A DNA stretch of 64,000 bases from an uncultured Vampirovibrio sp. (GTDB lineage Bacteria; Cyanobacteriota; Vampirovibrionia; Gastranaerophilales; Gastranaerophilaceae), in contig CAJTLG010000006.1 in the NCBI GenBank assembly GCA_910577395.1, positions 79,946-143,945 on the forward strand, written 5' to 3'. The position numbers were made by a program, and so were the translations under genes. Positions 25,052-33,645 of this stretch are shown here, piece after piece (the stretch's first letter is position 1; each line of letters opens with the position of its first letter). The notes beneath the pieces were generated by a model. That model saw only the letters and a list, made by a program, of their open reading frames with translations. It made no database searches and was not told the DNA's origin.

Positions 25052-25411
25052 ATGTATGAAGTTAAGATAGAAACACATTTTTCATCAGCACATCATCTTT
25101 TAAATTACAAAGGTGAATGTGAAAATCAACACGGTCACAACTGGAAGGTTGAAGTGTTTGTGCGTGGCACAAGGCTTGATAAATCAAATATTTTAATAGA
25201 TTTTAAGGTACTAAAAAAGAAAGTTAACGAAATTGTTGATTATCTTGACCATACAGACATCAATAATTTACCCGAATTTGACGAAGTATCACCAAGTTCT
25301 GAAATCATATCGGAATTTTTATACAATAAAATTAAAAAAGAAATTCCAAATGTTTGCAAGGTAAGCATTTGGGAAACACCAACTTCATGTGCTTCATATT
25401 TTGAAGAATAA
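25052..25411 (+). CDS. queD: 6-carboxy-5,6,7,8-tetrahydropterin synthase
   Basis: 119 aa. 'FSSAHHL', 'CENQHGHNWKVEV', 'WETPTSCASY' are PTPS/QueD motifs. Confidence 0.9.
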   Translation: MYEVKIETHFSSAHHLLNYKGECENQHGHNWKVEVFVRGTRLDKSNILIDFKVLKKKVNEIVDYLDHTDINNLPEFDEVSPSSEIISEFLYNKIKKEIPNVCKVSIWETPTSCASYFEE

Positions 25412-25443
25412 CAATATTTAAAAGAAGGGATAGAAAAAATTTT

Positions 25444-26277
25444 ATGAATACCGTACAGGCAGTGCTAATGGGCGCAGCACAAGGAATAAGCGAATTTTTA
25501 CCCATATCAAGTTCTGCTCATATAGTGTTTACATCAACAATTTATAAAATTTTAGCCGGGACTAATTTCCAAAACGTAACATCAGAAGAAATTTTCTTTG
25601 ATATTTTAATCCACTTGTCTACCCTTGTTGCAGTAGTAATATTCTTCTATAAGGATTTAAAGGAAATATTGGCAGGTTTTATAAACGGCATAAAAAACAA
25701 AGACTACAAAAATTCTGAATTCCAAACCGGGCTTTTTGTAATTGTAGCCACATTTATAACTTGTATAATTGCATTTTTTACAAAAGACGCGGCTCATAAA
25801 TTAACTGAAAACCCGCTTGTAGTATCAATTCTGTTATTATTTACAGGCTGCATTTTATTTTTTAGTGAAAAATTAAAAAAATCTTCTAAAAATATGGATT
25901 TCAAAACCTCAATTTTAATAGGCATAGCCCAGGGTCTTGCTGTATTCCCCGGCTTATCCCGCTCCGGTTTAACTATTGCGACGGGTATATATAATGGCAT
26001 AGAAAGAGTGAAGGCAGCAAAATTTTCATTCATTTTAAGCGTGCCCATTATAATCCTTGCATCCGTTGTTTATCCTTTAATTGAAATTGATGTACCTGAA
26101 ATACAAAATTTTAATTTCAAAGCAATTATTTTAGGATGTATAACATCATTTATAACAGGCTATTTTTGTATCAAATATTTTATGAAATATCTGGAAAAAT
26201 TTAACCTGAAAGGTTTTGCGTATTATTGTTGGATAATTGGCATATTGATGATTTTTATATGCATTGAAAATTATTAG
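25444..26277 (+). CDS. uppP: undecaprenyl-diphosphate phosphatase
   Basis: 277 aa polytopic protein. 'GAAQGISEFLPISSSAH' and 'PGLSRSGLTIATG' are BacA/UppP signatures. Confidence 0.93.
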   Translation: MNTVQAVLMGAAQGISEFLPISSSAHIVFTSTIYKILAGTNFQNVTSEEIFFDILIHLSTLVAVVIFFYKDLKEILAGFINGIKNKDYKNSEFQTGLFVIVATFITCIIAFFTKDAAHKLTENPLVVSILLLFTGCILFFSEKLKKSSKNMDFKTSILIGIAQGLAVFPGLSRSGLTIATGIYNGIERVKAAKFSFILSVPIIILASVVYPLIEIDVPEIQNFNFKAIILGCITSFITGYFCIKYFMKYLEKFNLKGFAYYCWIIGILMIFICIENY

Positions 26278-26281
26278 AGAA

Positions 26282-28108
26282 TTAAACTATCTCAATTCTT
26301 TTATCATCAGTAACAACAAGCTCTTCTTTATTTGGAAGTTTGCTTATATAATCTGCAGCAGTTTTATCTTTATCAAAATTGTAGTGCTGCACTTCCTGGT
26401 TTTTGCGTGCAGAAATCAACATGCCAGGGTATTCAACTTTTTCTCTTTCTTCAGCCACAAATGTATCATGGGCAACCGTATAAAATTTATTATCATCGGG
26501 ATTATTGATATCTATAGGGGTTTTATTGCCGCTCTTATCAACAAAACTCATCTCTAACAAATCACCGGCTTTGTTTATTTTATATGATATACCGCTTACA
26601 TGCATAATGCCCGGATACCCGGTTGAATCAGAAAAGCTTGTCTTGGCTGCCTCTTTAACCACCCTTACAATTTCTTTTTCGGTCATTTTTGACACCATTA
26701 AAGTATTTTTTAAAGGTGTGGTATCTGTTATATCCCTTTGGGTTAAAGTGCCGATTTTTGGGACCTTTCTCATATTCGCAGCATTAACAAAAGCAACATC
26801 AGTGTTTAATTCTGCCCTCATAGAGTCCGCAAGGAAATTTGTCCACGCACATGAAACTATTCTTCTGTTTTCGGGGGTGGGGTCAATCGCTTGTATTGAG
26901 CCAACTTTCGGCGATACTCCAAGAACGGAGTTCTTTATATATTCTAATACCGGGCTTTTTTCAAGTTCCGCTTTATTGATATCCATTGAGGCTGTTGTTA
27001 TGATGCCGTTTTCATCAAACTCAACATCCAAAACACCTGCATATTTGCCGTTTTCACCAGCCTGAACTAAAACTACAGGTTCGCCGGTCTTACTTTTAAG
27101 AATAGTCTGCCCCTCTTTAAGTTCAGACGTCAAATTATGTGAATGCCCGCCCTGAATAATATCAACGCCATCAAGCATTGAGGCAATTTTTGCATCTTCA
27201 TCAATACCGATATGGGAAAGCAAAATTATCTTATTAACACCTTGGGCGCGAAGTTTATCAACTTCCGCCTGTACCAATTTTACGGATTCTTCAAAACCGT
27301 ATGGTTTTATCCCTTCAAGCCCCTCAAGTGTGCTTGCTGCAGATTCAAGGTCAAATGGCACAAGGCCGACTACGCCATATTTGTTGCCGTTTTCCTCAAG
27401 TATCATGGATTTTTGAACATTATTGTAAAATTCGCTCCCCTCAGGGATTTTAGCATTCGCAGCCACAAATTTTACATTACTGTCCGCATTCAATTTATAA
27501 AAATTTGTTGCATTGCTGTCAAATTCATGGTTTCCGACTGCCGAAACCTTGACGCCTATAAAATCAAGGAACTTTAGCATTAAAGAATTTCTTTTAAGGT
27601 CACCGCCGGTATAATTATCCCCTGCAGAAAGCTTAATTGTATCAGCACCTTTTGCTTTTGCATCCTTGTCAAACTGTTTTGAGGCCCCTAATATATTGGT
27701 CATATTATCAATATGACCATGGATATCATTTATAAAAAATAAACTGAGTTTCGCCTTGTTTGTTTTAACTTTTGCCGGCGTATTCTGCACCGTTTGCGCC
27801 GTATTAAAGGACACCATATTTGAAGATTGGAAAACATCTTTAATTATTGGCTGCTGCATTTGGGGTGCAGGCATTAAATAAATTGGAGGCTGCCCCCCGG
27901 GCGCAAGCTGAGGTGCCGCAGAAGAATAAACGTACCCCTGCGCACTATAAGCGGGCTGCAAATACGGTATAATAGGGGCTGCATGTGAATTTGCATTAAC
28001 CGGCTGTCCCATATAATTAAAGCTGTAATTTGCACCATTAACCATACATTTTAAAAACCGCTCAAACAGAAAAATTGCCCAAATATAAAAAAATATTAAG
28101 CAGGACAC
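26282..28108 (-). CDS. bifunctional metallophosphatase/5'-nucleotidase with a Gln/Pro/Tyr-rich N-terminal extension
   Basis: 'FFINDIHGH', 'SAGDNYTGG', 'GNHEFD', 'LSHIG', 'GGHSH', then a 5'-nucleotidase C-terminal domain. Start is uncertain (GTG 28108 or ATG 28045). Confidence 0.85.
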   Translation of the reverse strand: MSCLIFFYIWAIFLFERFLKCMVNGANYSFNYMGQPVNANSHAAPIIPYLQPAYSAQGYVYSSAAPQLAPGGQPPIYLMPAPQMQQPIIKDVFQSSNMVSFNTAQTVQNTPAKVKTNKAKLSLFFINDIHGHIDNMTNILGASKQFDKDAKAKGADTIKLSAGDNYTGGDLKRNSLMLKFLDFIGVKVSAVGNHEFDSNATNFYKLNADSNVKFVAANAKIPEGSEFYNNVQKSMILEENGNKYGVVGLVPFDLESAASTLEGLEGIKPYGFEESVKLVQAEVDKLRAQGVNKIILLSHIGIDEDAKIASMLDGVDIIQGGHSHNLTSELKEGQTILKSKTGEPVVLVQAGENGKYAGVLDVEFDENGIITTASMDINKAELEKSPVLEYIKNSVLGVSPKVGSIQAIDPTPENRRIVSCAWTNFLADSMRAELNTDVAFVNAANMRKVPKIGTLTQRDITDTTPLKNTLMVSKMTEKEIVRVVKEAAKTSFSDSTGYPGIMHVSGISYKINKAGDLLEMSFVDKSGNKTPIDINNPDDNKFYTVAHDTFVAEEREKVEYPGMLISARKNQEVQHYNFDKDKTAADYISKLPNKEELVVTDDKRIEIV

Positions 28109-28156
28109 TCCAAAAATTCAGAATGCCCTGCTTTTTAAAATTAAGCCTTGTATTTA

Positions 28157-29605
28157 TTAGAATACAATTGTTAATTCTTCATTAGGATTTAGGCTTGAAG
28201 AATTAGACAAGCTTGGAACAAGTACATATACGATTTCATCACCTAATTCGTAAAGAACACCGAATGTGCCTGAAACGATAAGTTTACTGAAATCAAATAT
28301 ACCTTTACCGGTTGTTACAAGAACATTGCCGGCACTTGCCATACCACGTCCCGGGTGAAGAGTCAATGTTTCAACAAACGCATTGCCAATTTCATCACCA
28401 ATTTCTTCTAAACCGTTAGCAGTAACATTAACAGCAGCTGCTGCAGTTCTGCCTGCAACACCCACCACCCTGCCGGCACCGGTGAACGGGAAACCAAGTA
28501 ATCTTGCTATAATGTTCGGATTTTTAACGTCATCCACACCGGCTGATGCAATTGAAGAAGGTAGTTCAACTTCACAGTTATCTTCAAGATTTTTAATTTT
28601 ATTGAATTTAACCTTGATATAACCGTTTTTGCAATTTTTTAGGCCCGGTCTTTCAACTTCAATAACTTCGCCTCTAACAATAGAGCCTGCGGGGAAATTA
28701 ACTCCGCCAACAGTAACATCTTCTGTTGTTTTTGCAGTAAATGCATCGCCAATGTTTGAAGCTTTAGCACTCAATCTATCCAAAAGCTTGATTTTCAAAG
28801 TAGTTAAACCGGCTTTTGAAACACACTTAGCGCCAGCCTGGCTTGCATTTGCAAGACTTTGTGAGTAACTGTAGTTTTTCTTCATAGCACCAACAAGATT
28901 TGCAACCTGTTCTTTTGATAAATATTGAGAATTAATAACTTTGTCCTGATTTGGAACATGAGCAAGCAGGCCTGAAGCTATAACTTCATTTGTAGCATCA
29001 TACGCCCAAGTCGGTATGTATTGCATTGTTTTGCCTTTGTAAACAGGTGTGGCATCACTTGAATGGCTATAGTTAATTTGTTTTGCAATAGTTGCAAAAA
29101 CCTCTGCCTTTGTTATGGGTTGGTCTGGTTTAAATACGCCTGAAGGGTAACCAATCATAAGACCTGCATCAGTTGCAGAGCTAATCCAATCTTTTGCCCA
29201 ATAGCTTGATGAAATATCAGAATAATTTGCATCTTTAGATGATTTAACACCTGAAGCTTCGGCAAGAACCACTGCAAGTTCTGACCTTAAAATAGGCATT
29301 CTTGGGTTAAACATATCTTTTGAATAACCTGCCTTTTCTTGGCTCTCTCTGATAAGTTTTAACACATCTCTTGACCAAGAGCTAACATAGACATCATTTT
29401 TGTTTTTAACACCAAGTCTGTGTTTTGATTTTAGAATTTGTCCGCCTGTTTGATAAGTAGCATCACCGTCAACCAATGTCTGGCTTTGGGTGCCAAAAAG
29501 TGTCGGATGCGCATAAGCTTCAACCTTTGGCTCATCAGCAAAAGCAGCTGTGCTCATTGCAGCAAAAACAACAGTTGTAGCTAAAAATTTTTTAACCGTA
29601 TTCAT
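28157..29605 (-). CDS. SLH-domain outer-membrane/cell-envelope protein
   Basis: Signal peptide 'MNTVKKFLATTVVFAAMSTAAFA'. SLH motif 'YWAKDWISSATDAGLMIGYPSGVFKPDQPITKAEVFATIAK'. The C-terminus '...EELTIVF' has alternating hydrophobic residues and a terminal Phe, like OM beta-barrel proteins. Confidence 0.75.
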   Translation of the reverse strand: MNTVKKFLATTVVFAAMSTAAFADEPKVEAYAHPTLFGTQSQTLVDGDATYQTGGQILKSKHRLGVKNKNDVYVSSWSRDVLKLIRESQEKAGYSKDMFNPRMPILRSELAVVLAEASGVKSSKDANYSDISSSYWAKDWISSATDAGLMIGYPSGVFKPDQPITKAEVFATIAKQINYSHSSDATPVYKGKTMQYIPTWAYDATNEVIASGLLAHVPNQDKVINSQYLSKEQVANLVGAMKKNYSYSQSLANASQAGAKCVSKAGLTTLKIKLLDRLSAKASNIGDAFTAKTTEDVTVGGVNFPAGSIVRGEVIEVERPGLKNCKNGYIKVKFNKIKNLEDNCEVELPSSIASAGVDDVKNPNIIARLLGFPFTGAGRVVGVAGRTAAAAVNVTANGLEEIGDEIGNAFVETLTLHPGRGMASAGNVLVTTGKGIFDFSKLIVSGTFGVLYELGDEIVYVLVPSLSNSSSLNPNEELTIVF

Positions 29606-29789
29606 TACTTCTCTATCCTTTCTACACCTAAAACTAAATCCTTTTTAGGTAAGTCTATTATCCTAAAAGCTAAAAGTATAGTCAAGATATTTAAATTAAT
29701 TGTAAATAACCGGGTAATTATTATTTATAAATGGCAATTTTTTTCATGTTTTGTTTTTATAACAACGATAAATAATAAAGGAGATTTTA

Positions 29790-30098
29790 ATGAGCATAAA
29801 TGCAATAAATGTACAACCAAGCCTGATACAAATTGAAAAATTGTCTACCAAAGATGATAAAAATAAAGAGCCTGTAAAACAGTATATCAATCCTGCTTTT
29901 ATAGTGAGCATGGAAAGCAGCAACAAACAAAAGCGCTTAAATGAAGGATGCAGCATGGGCAGCAACAGTATTGCAAATGAAACAAAATTTACCCTGTCTA
30001 ACGGGAAAGAAATTTATATAAAAGGTTCAGTTGATGAAGTTGCTGAAGCATTAAATGGAACCGGTATAAAAACAAACAAACTAAATATAGTTACATAG
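29790..30098 (+). CDS. hypothetical protein, possibly FlbD-like
   Basis: SD 'AAGGAG' upstream. 'YINPAFIVSMES...TKFTLSNGKEIYIKGSVDEVAEAL' resembles the FlbD pattern 'lNa.lIe.iE..PDT.I.LtnGkk..VkEsv.EV', but with an insertion. Weak assignment from memory. Confidence 0.3.
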   Translation: MSINAINVQPSLIQIEKLSTKDDKNKEPVKQYINPAFIVSMESSNKQKRLNEGCSMGSNSIANETKFTLSNGKEIYIKGSVDEVAEALNGTGIKTNKLNIVT

Positions 30099-30115
30099 AG
30101 TTGCAATAACAAAAT

Positions 30116-30151
30116 AAAAAGGACAGCTCTAATTAAAGGCTGTCCTTTTTA
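30116..30151 (+). terminator. rho-independent terminator
   Basis: Stem 'ggacagc' (30121-30127) pairs with 'gctgtcc' (30139-30145). Flanked by an A-run and a TTTTT run, so possibly bidirectional. Confidence 0.8.
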
Positions 30152-30169
30152 TTGCTTTATTAAACTATT

Positions 30170-30187
30170 TCGTGCAAAAAATCACAT
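30170..30187 (+). promoter_or_regulatory. weak Rex-box-like palindrome (distal)
   Basis: 'TCGTGCAAAAAATCACAT' compared with the Rex consensus TTGTGAA-N4-TTCACAA. The GTG-N8-CAC core is kept, with 4 mismatches in the 14 specified positions. Confidence 0.35.
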
Positions 30188-30231
30188 TTCATGTAAAGAA
30201 TGTATAAAATACACTTGCAAAATAAGTTTTT

Positions 30232-30240
30232 TGTTATAAT
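30232..30240 (+). promoter_or_regulatory. extended -10 promoter element for adhE
   Basis: 'TGTTATAAT' is TGnTATAAT, about 70 nt upstream of ATG 30310. No well-spaced -35 element. Confidence 0.5.
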
Positions 30241-30246
30241 ATATTA

Positions 30247-30264
30247 TTGTGAATAAAATCACGA
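30247..30264 (+). promoter_or_regulatory. Rex operator candidate overlapping the predicted adhE transcription start
   Basis: 'TTGTGAATAAAATCACGA' matches TTGTGAA-N4-TTCACAA at 12 of 14 specified positions. It starts 7 nt after the -10 element. rex is the next gene after adhE. Confidence 0.6.
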
Positions 30265-30309
30265 ATAAGCAACTAATCGTTTAGCACTTATATAATTAAG
30301 GAGAAACAA

Positions 30310-32955
30310 ATGACAGAAGAAAAAGATTGCAATTGCGTTTGTGAATGCAATATACAGGATGTTAGAAAACCTGTAGAAACTGCCGAAGACCTTGAAGAAT
30401 TAATTTCAAGAGTAAAGGCTGCACAGAAAGAATTTGCAAGCTACTCTCAGGAGCAAATTGATAAAATCTTTAGGGCAGCTGCACTTGCCGCAAACAAAGC
30501 AAGAATTCCTCTTGCAAAAATGGCTGTTGAAGAATCAGGCATGGGTGTCGTTGAAGATAAAATCATCAAAAACCACTTTGCATCTGAATATATCTACAAC
30601 AAATTTAAAAATGCCAAAACATGCGGCATCTTAGAAGAAGACAAGGTTAACGGTATTAAAAAAGTTGGTGAACCTTTAGGTGTTATAGCAGGCATTGTAC
30701 CTACTACAAACCCTACTTCTACTGCTATTTTTAAATCTTTAATATGTTTAAAAACTAGAAACGCAATTATCTTTTCACCCCACCCAAGGGCTAAAAAAGC
30801 TACAATTCAGGCTGCAAAAACAGTTCTTGATGCAGCAATTAAAGCAGGAGCCCCAAAAGATATTATCGGCTGGATTGATATTCCATCTATTGAATTATCA
30901 AACATGCTTATGAAACACCCTGAAATCAACGCAATCCTTGCAACAGGCGGTCCTGGCATGGTTAAAGCTGCTTATTCATCAGGCAAACCGGCACTGGGTG
31001 TAGGCTCAGGCAACACTCCTGCCGTTATTGATGAAACAGCTGATATTCAAATGGCAGTATCATCAATCCTTATGTCAAAAACATTTGACAACGGTATGAT
31101 TTGCGCTTCAGAACAATCTATCGTTGCAGTTAAAGATGTATATGATGCAGTTAAGGCAGAACTTGTTAAAAGGGGTGCATATATCCTTAATGAAAAAGAA
31201 GCTGAAAAAGTTTCAAAAATCATTTTAACAGAAGCCGGCAGCGTAAACCCAAAAATTGTCGGGCAGCCTGCTTATAAAATTGCAGAACTTGCAGGTATTC
31301 AGGTTCCTGAATGCGCCAAGGTTCTTGTTGGGGAAGAAACCGAAGTGGCTATGGAAAACCCATTCTCACACGAAAAACTTTCTCCAATCCTTGCACTATA
31401 TAAAGCGGAAGATTTTGAAGAAGCAACAGATATGGCATACCACCTTGTAATCCTTGGCGGTGCCGGCCATACATCCGTTCTTTATACTGATGCCAGAACG
31501 CAGGAAAGAATTGATTACTTTGCAAAAAAACTTCCTACAGGAAGATTATTAATTAACTCTCCGTCATCCCAGGGCGGTATCGGTGACCTTTATAACTTTA
31601 GGTTGGAACCGTCATTAACACTTGGCTGCGGAAGCTGGGGCGGGAACTCCGTAAGTGAAAACGTTGGCATTAAACATTTGTTAAACTACAAAACAGTGGC
31701 TGAAAGGAGAGAAAATATGTTGTGGTTCAAAGTTCCGCCAAAAATATACTTCAAAAGAGGTGCTACAGATTTAGCTCTTCGTGAACTTAAAGGAAAACAA
31801 CGCGCATTTATCGTAACCGACAGATTTTTATTCGATTCAGGTGCTGTTTACCAAATTACAAAAGTGCTTGAAGAAATCGGCGTGGATTTCCAAATCTTCT
31901 TTGACGTTAAACCTGACCCGACACTTTCAACCATTAACGAAGCAATGCAAATGGTTAATGTTTATAAACCCGATGTATTCATCGCTCTTGGCGGCGGCTC
32001 ACCAATTGATGCCTGCAAAGTTATCTGGTTAATGTATGAACAGCCTGATACAGTATTTGACGATGTTGCAATGAGATTTATGGATATAAGAAAGAGAATT
32101 TGCGACGTTCCTGAACTTGGTAAAAAAGCAACAATGGTTGCAATCCCGACTACATCAGGTACAGGTTCTGAGGTAACCTCATTTGCGGTTATTACAGATG
32201 ATAAAACACATATCAAATACCCTCTTGCAGACTATGCCTTAACTCCTAATATGGCAATCATCGACCCGAACTTTGTTGATACTATGCCAAAAGGCTTATG
32301 TGCAGCATCCGGTATCGATGCTCTTACCCATGCAATTGAAGCATACGTAAGCTGCATGGCAACAAACTTCACAAATTCTCCTGCACTCGAGGCTACAAAG
32401 TTAATCTTTAGATACTTGCCAAGGTCTTATAACGGCGGCAAAGATGACCCTGTTGCAAGAGAAAAAATCCACTACGCATCTTGTCTTGCAGGTATGGCTT
32501 TTGCAAACGCATTCTTGGGCTTGTGCCACTCTATGGCTCATAAACTTGGTGCAGCATTTAACATCCCTCACGGTGTTGCAAACGCATTATTAATTAACCA
32601 AATAATCAGATACAATGCTAATGACTGCCCGAAAAAACAAGCCACATTCCCGCAATACAAATATCCGCAAGCAAAACTTAAATATGGTCAGATTGCAGAT
32701 AACCTAGGCCTTGGCGGAAAGAATGATGACGAAAAGGTTAACCTTCTTTTGGATGCTATTACAAACCTTAAAAAGGATATCAATCTGCCGTTATCAATCA
32801 AAGATGCAGGCGTTACTGAAGAAAACTTCTACGCCAAACTTGATGAATTGGTTGAGCTTGCATTTGATGACCAGTGTACGGGTGCAAACCCTGTTTATCC
32901 TTTAATGGAAGAAATCAGAGAAATCTACATTAAAGCATTTAACGGTACGTACTAA
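30310..32955 (+). CDS. adhE: bifunctional acetaldehyde-CoA/alcohol dehydrogenase
   Basis: 881 aa. N-terminal ALDH domain ('GMICASEQS' catalytic Cys region) plus a C-terminal Fe-ADH domain ('GGGSPIDACK', 'HSMAHKLG'). SD 'AAGGAG'. Confidence 0.96.
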   Translation: MTEEKDCNCVCECNIQDVRKPVETAEDLEELISRVKAAQKEFASYSQEQIDKIFRAAALAANKARIPLAKMAVEESGMGVVEDKIIKNHFASEYIYNKFKNAKTCGILEEDKVNGIKKVGEPLGVIAGIVPTTNPTSTAIFKSLICLKTRNAIIFSPHPRAKKATIQAAKTVLDAAIKAGAPKDIIGWIDIPSIELSNMLMKHPEINAILATGGPGMVKAAYSSGKPALGVGSGNTPAVIDETADIQMAVSSILMSKTFDNGMICASEQSIVAVKDVYDAVKAELVKRGAYILNEKEAEKVSKIILTEAGSVNPKIVGQPAYKIAELAGIQVPECAKVLVGEETEVAMENPFSHEKLSPILALYKAEDFEEATDMAYHLVILGGAGHTSVLYTDARTQERIDYFAKKLPTGRLLINSPSSQGGIGDLYNFRLEPSLTLGCGSWGGNSVSENVGIKHLLNYKTVAERRENMLWFKVPPKIYFKRGATDLALRELKGKQRAFIVTDRFLFDSGAVYQITKVLEEIGVDFQIFFDVKPDPTLSTINEAMQMVNVYKPDVFIALGGGSPIDACKVIWLMYEQPDTVFDDVAMRFMDIRKRICDVPELGKKATMVAIPTTSGTGSEVTSFAVITDDKTHIKYPLADYALTPNMAIIDPNFVDTMPKGLCAASGIDALTHAIEAYVSCMATNFTNSPALEATKLIFRYLPRSYNGGKDDPVAREKIHYASCLAGMAFANAFLGLCHSMAHKLGAAFNIPHGVANALLINQIIRYNANDCPKKQATFPQYKYPQAKLKYGQIADNLGLGGKNDDEKVNLLLDAITNLKKDINLPLSIKDAGVTEENFYAKLDELVELAFDDQCTGANPVYPLMEEIREIYIKAFNGTY

Positions 32956-32970
32956 TTCAAAACACGATAA

Positions 32971-33002
32971 AAGGCCCCGGGTTTAATTATTCGGGGCCTT
33001 TT
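32971..33002 (+). terminator. hairpin/terminator between adhE and rex
   Basis: Stem 'aaggccccg' (32971-32979) pairs with 'cggggcctt' (32992-33000), followed by TT. The T-tract is short, so it may be leaky. Confidence 0.6.
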
Positions 33003-33024
33003 AATAAATTAAAATTGAGGATTT

Positions 33025-33645
33025 ATGACAGGAAAATTCCCGGATACTGTAATAAACAGGCTAACTTTATATCATTGCATTCTTGTTGATTATATTAAAA
33101 ACAATCTTGAAACAATTACAAGCTCTACAATAGCAGGTCTTTTGGAAATTGATGATTCGCAAGTAAGAAAAGATATTTCTCTGCTTAAAAATACCGGCAA
33201 AAGTCGTGTCGGATACAATGTTGCAGAACTAAAAATCTCAATTGAAAAAACTCTCGGATTTGAAAGACCTAAAAATGCATTTATAATAGGTGCAGGAAAC
33301 CTTGGCATGGCACTTGCAAACTATAATAATTTTACAGACTACGGGCTTAATGTTGTTGCATTATTTGATAATGATAAAAATAAAATAGGAAAAAGGATAA
33401 AAGATAAAGAGATTTGTAATATTGAAGAACTCCCTTCCCTTGCTGATAAACTAAATATTGAAATGGCAATTTTAACCGTACCTATGGCTTCAGCGCAATC
33501 AACAGTCGATTTTCTTGTTCAATCAAACATTAAATATATATGGAATTTTTCCCCAACCGTACTTATAGTACCAAGCGGCGTTAAAGTGTGGAATGAAAAT
33601 TTAATGGGTAATTTCTTGCAATTTTCTTACAAAATAGGAAAATAA
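33025..33645 (+). CDS. rex: redox-sensing transcriptional repressor Rex
   Basis: 206 aa. Winged-helix N-terminus 'RLTLYHCIL...SSTIAGLLEIDDSQVRKDISLL' and Rossmann motif 'IIGAGNLGMALANY'. Confidence 0.9.
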   Translation: MTGKFPDTVINRLTLYHCILVDYIKNNLETITSSTIAGLLEIDDSQVRKDISLLKNTGKSRVGYNVAELKISIEKTLGFERPKNAFIIGAGNLGMALANYNNFTDYGLNVVALFDNDKNKIGKRIKDKEICNIEELPSLADKLNIEMAILTVPMASAQSTVDFLVQSNIKYIWNFSPTVLIVPSGVKVWNENLMGNFLQFSYKIGK

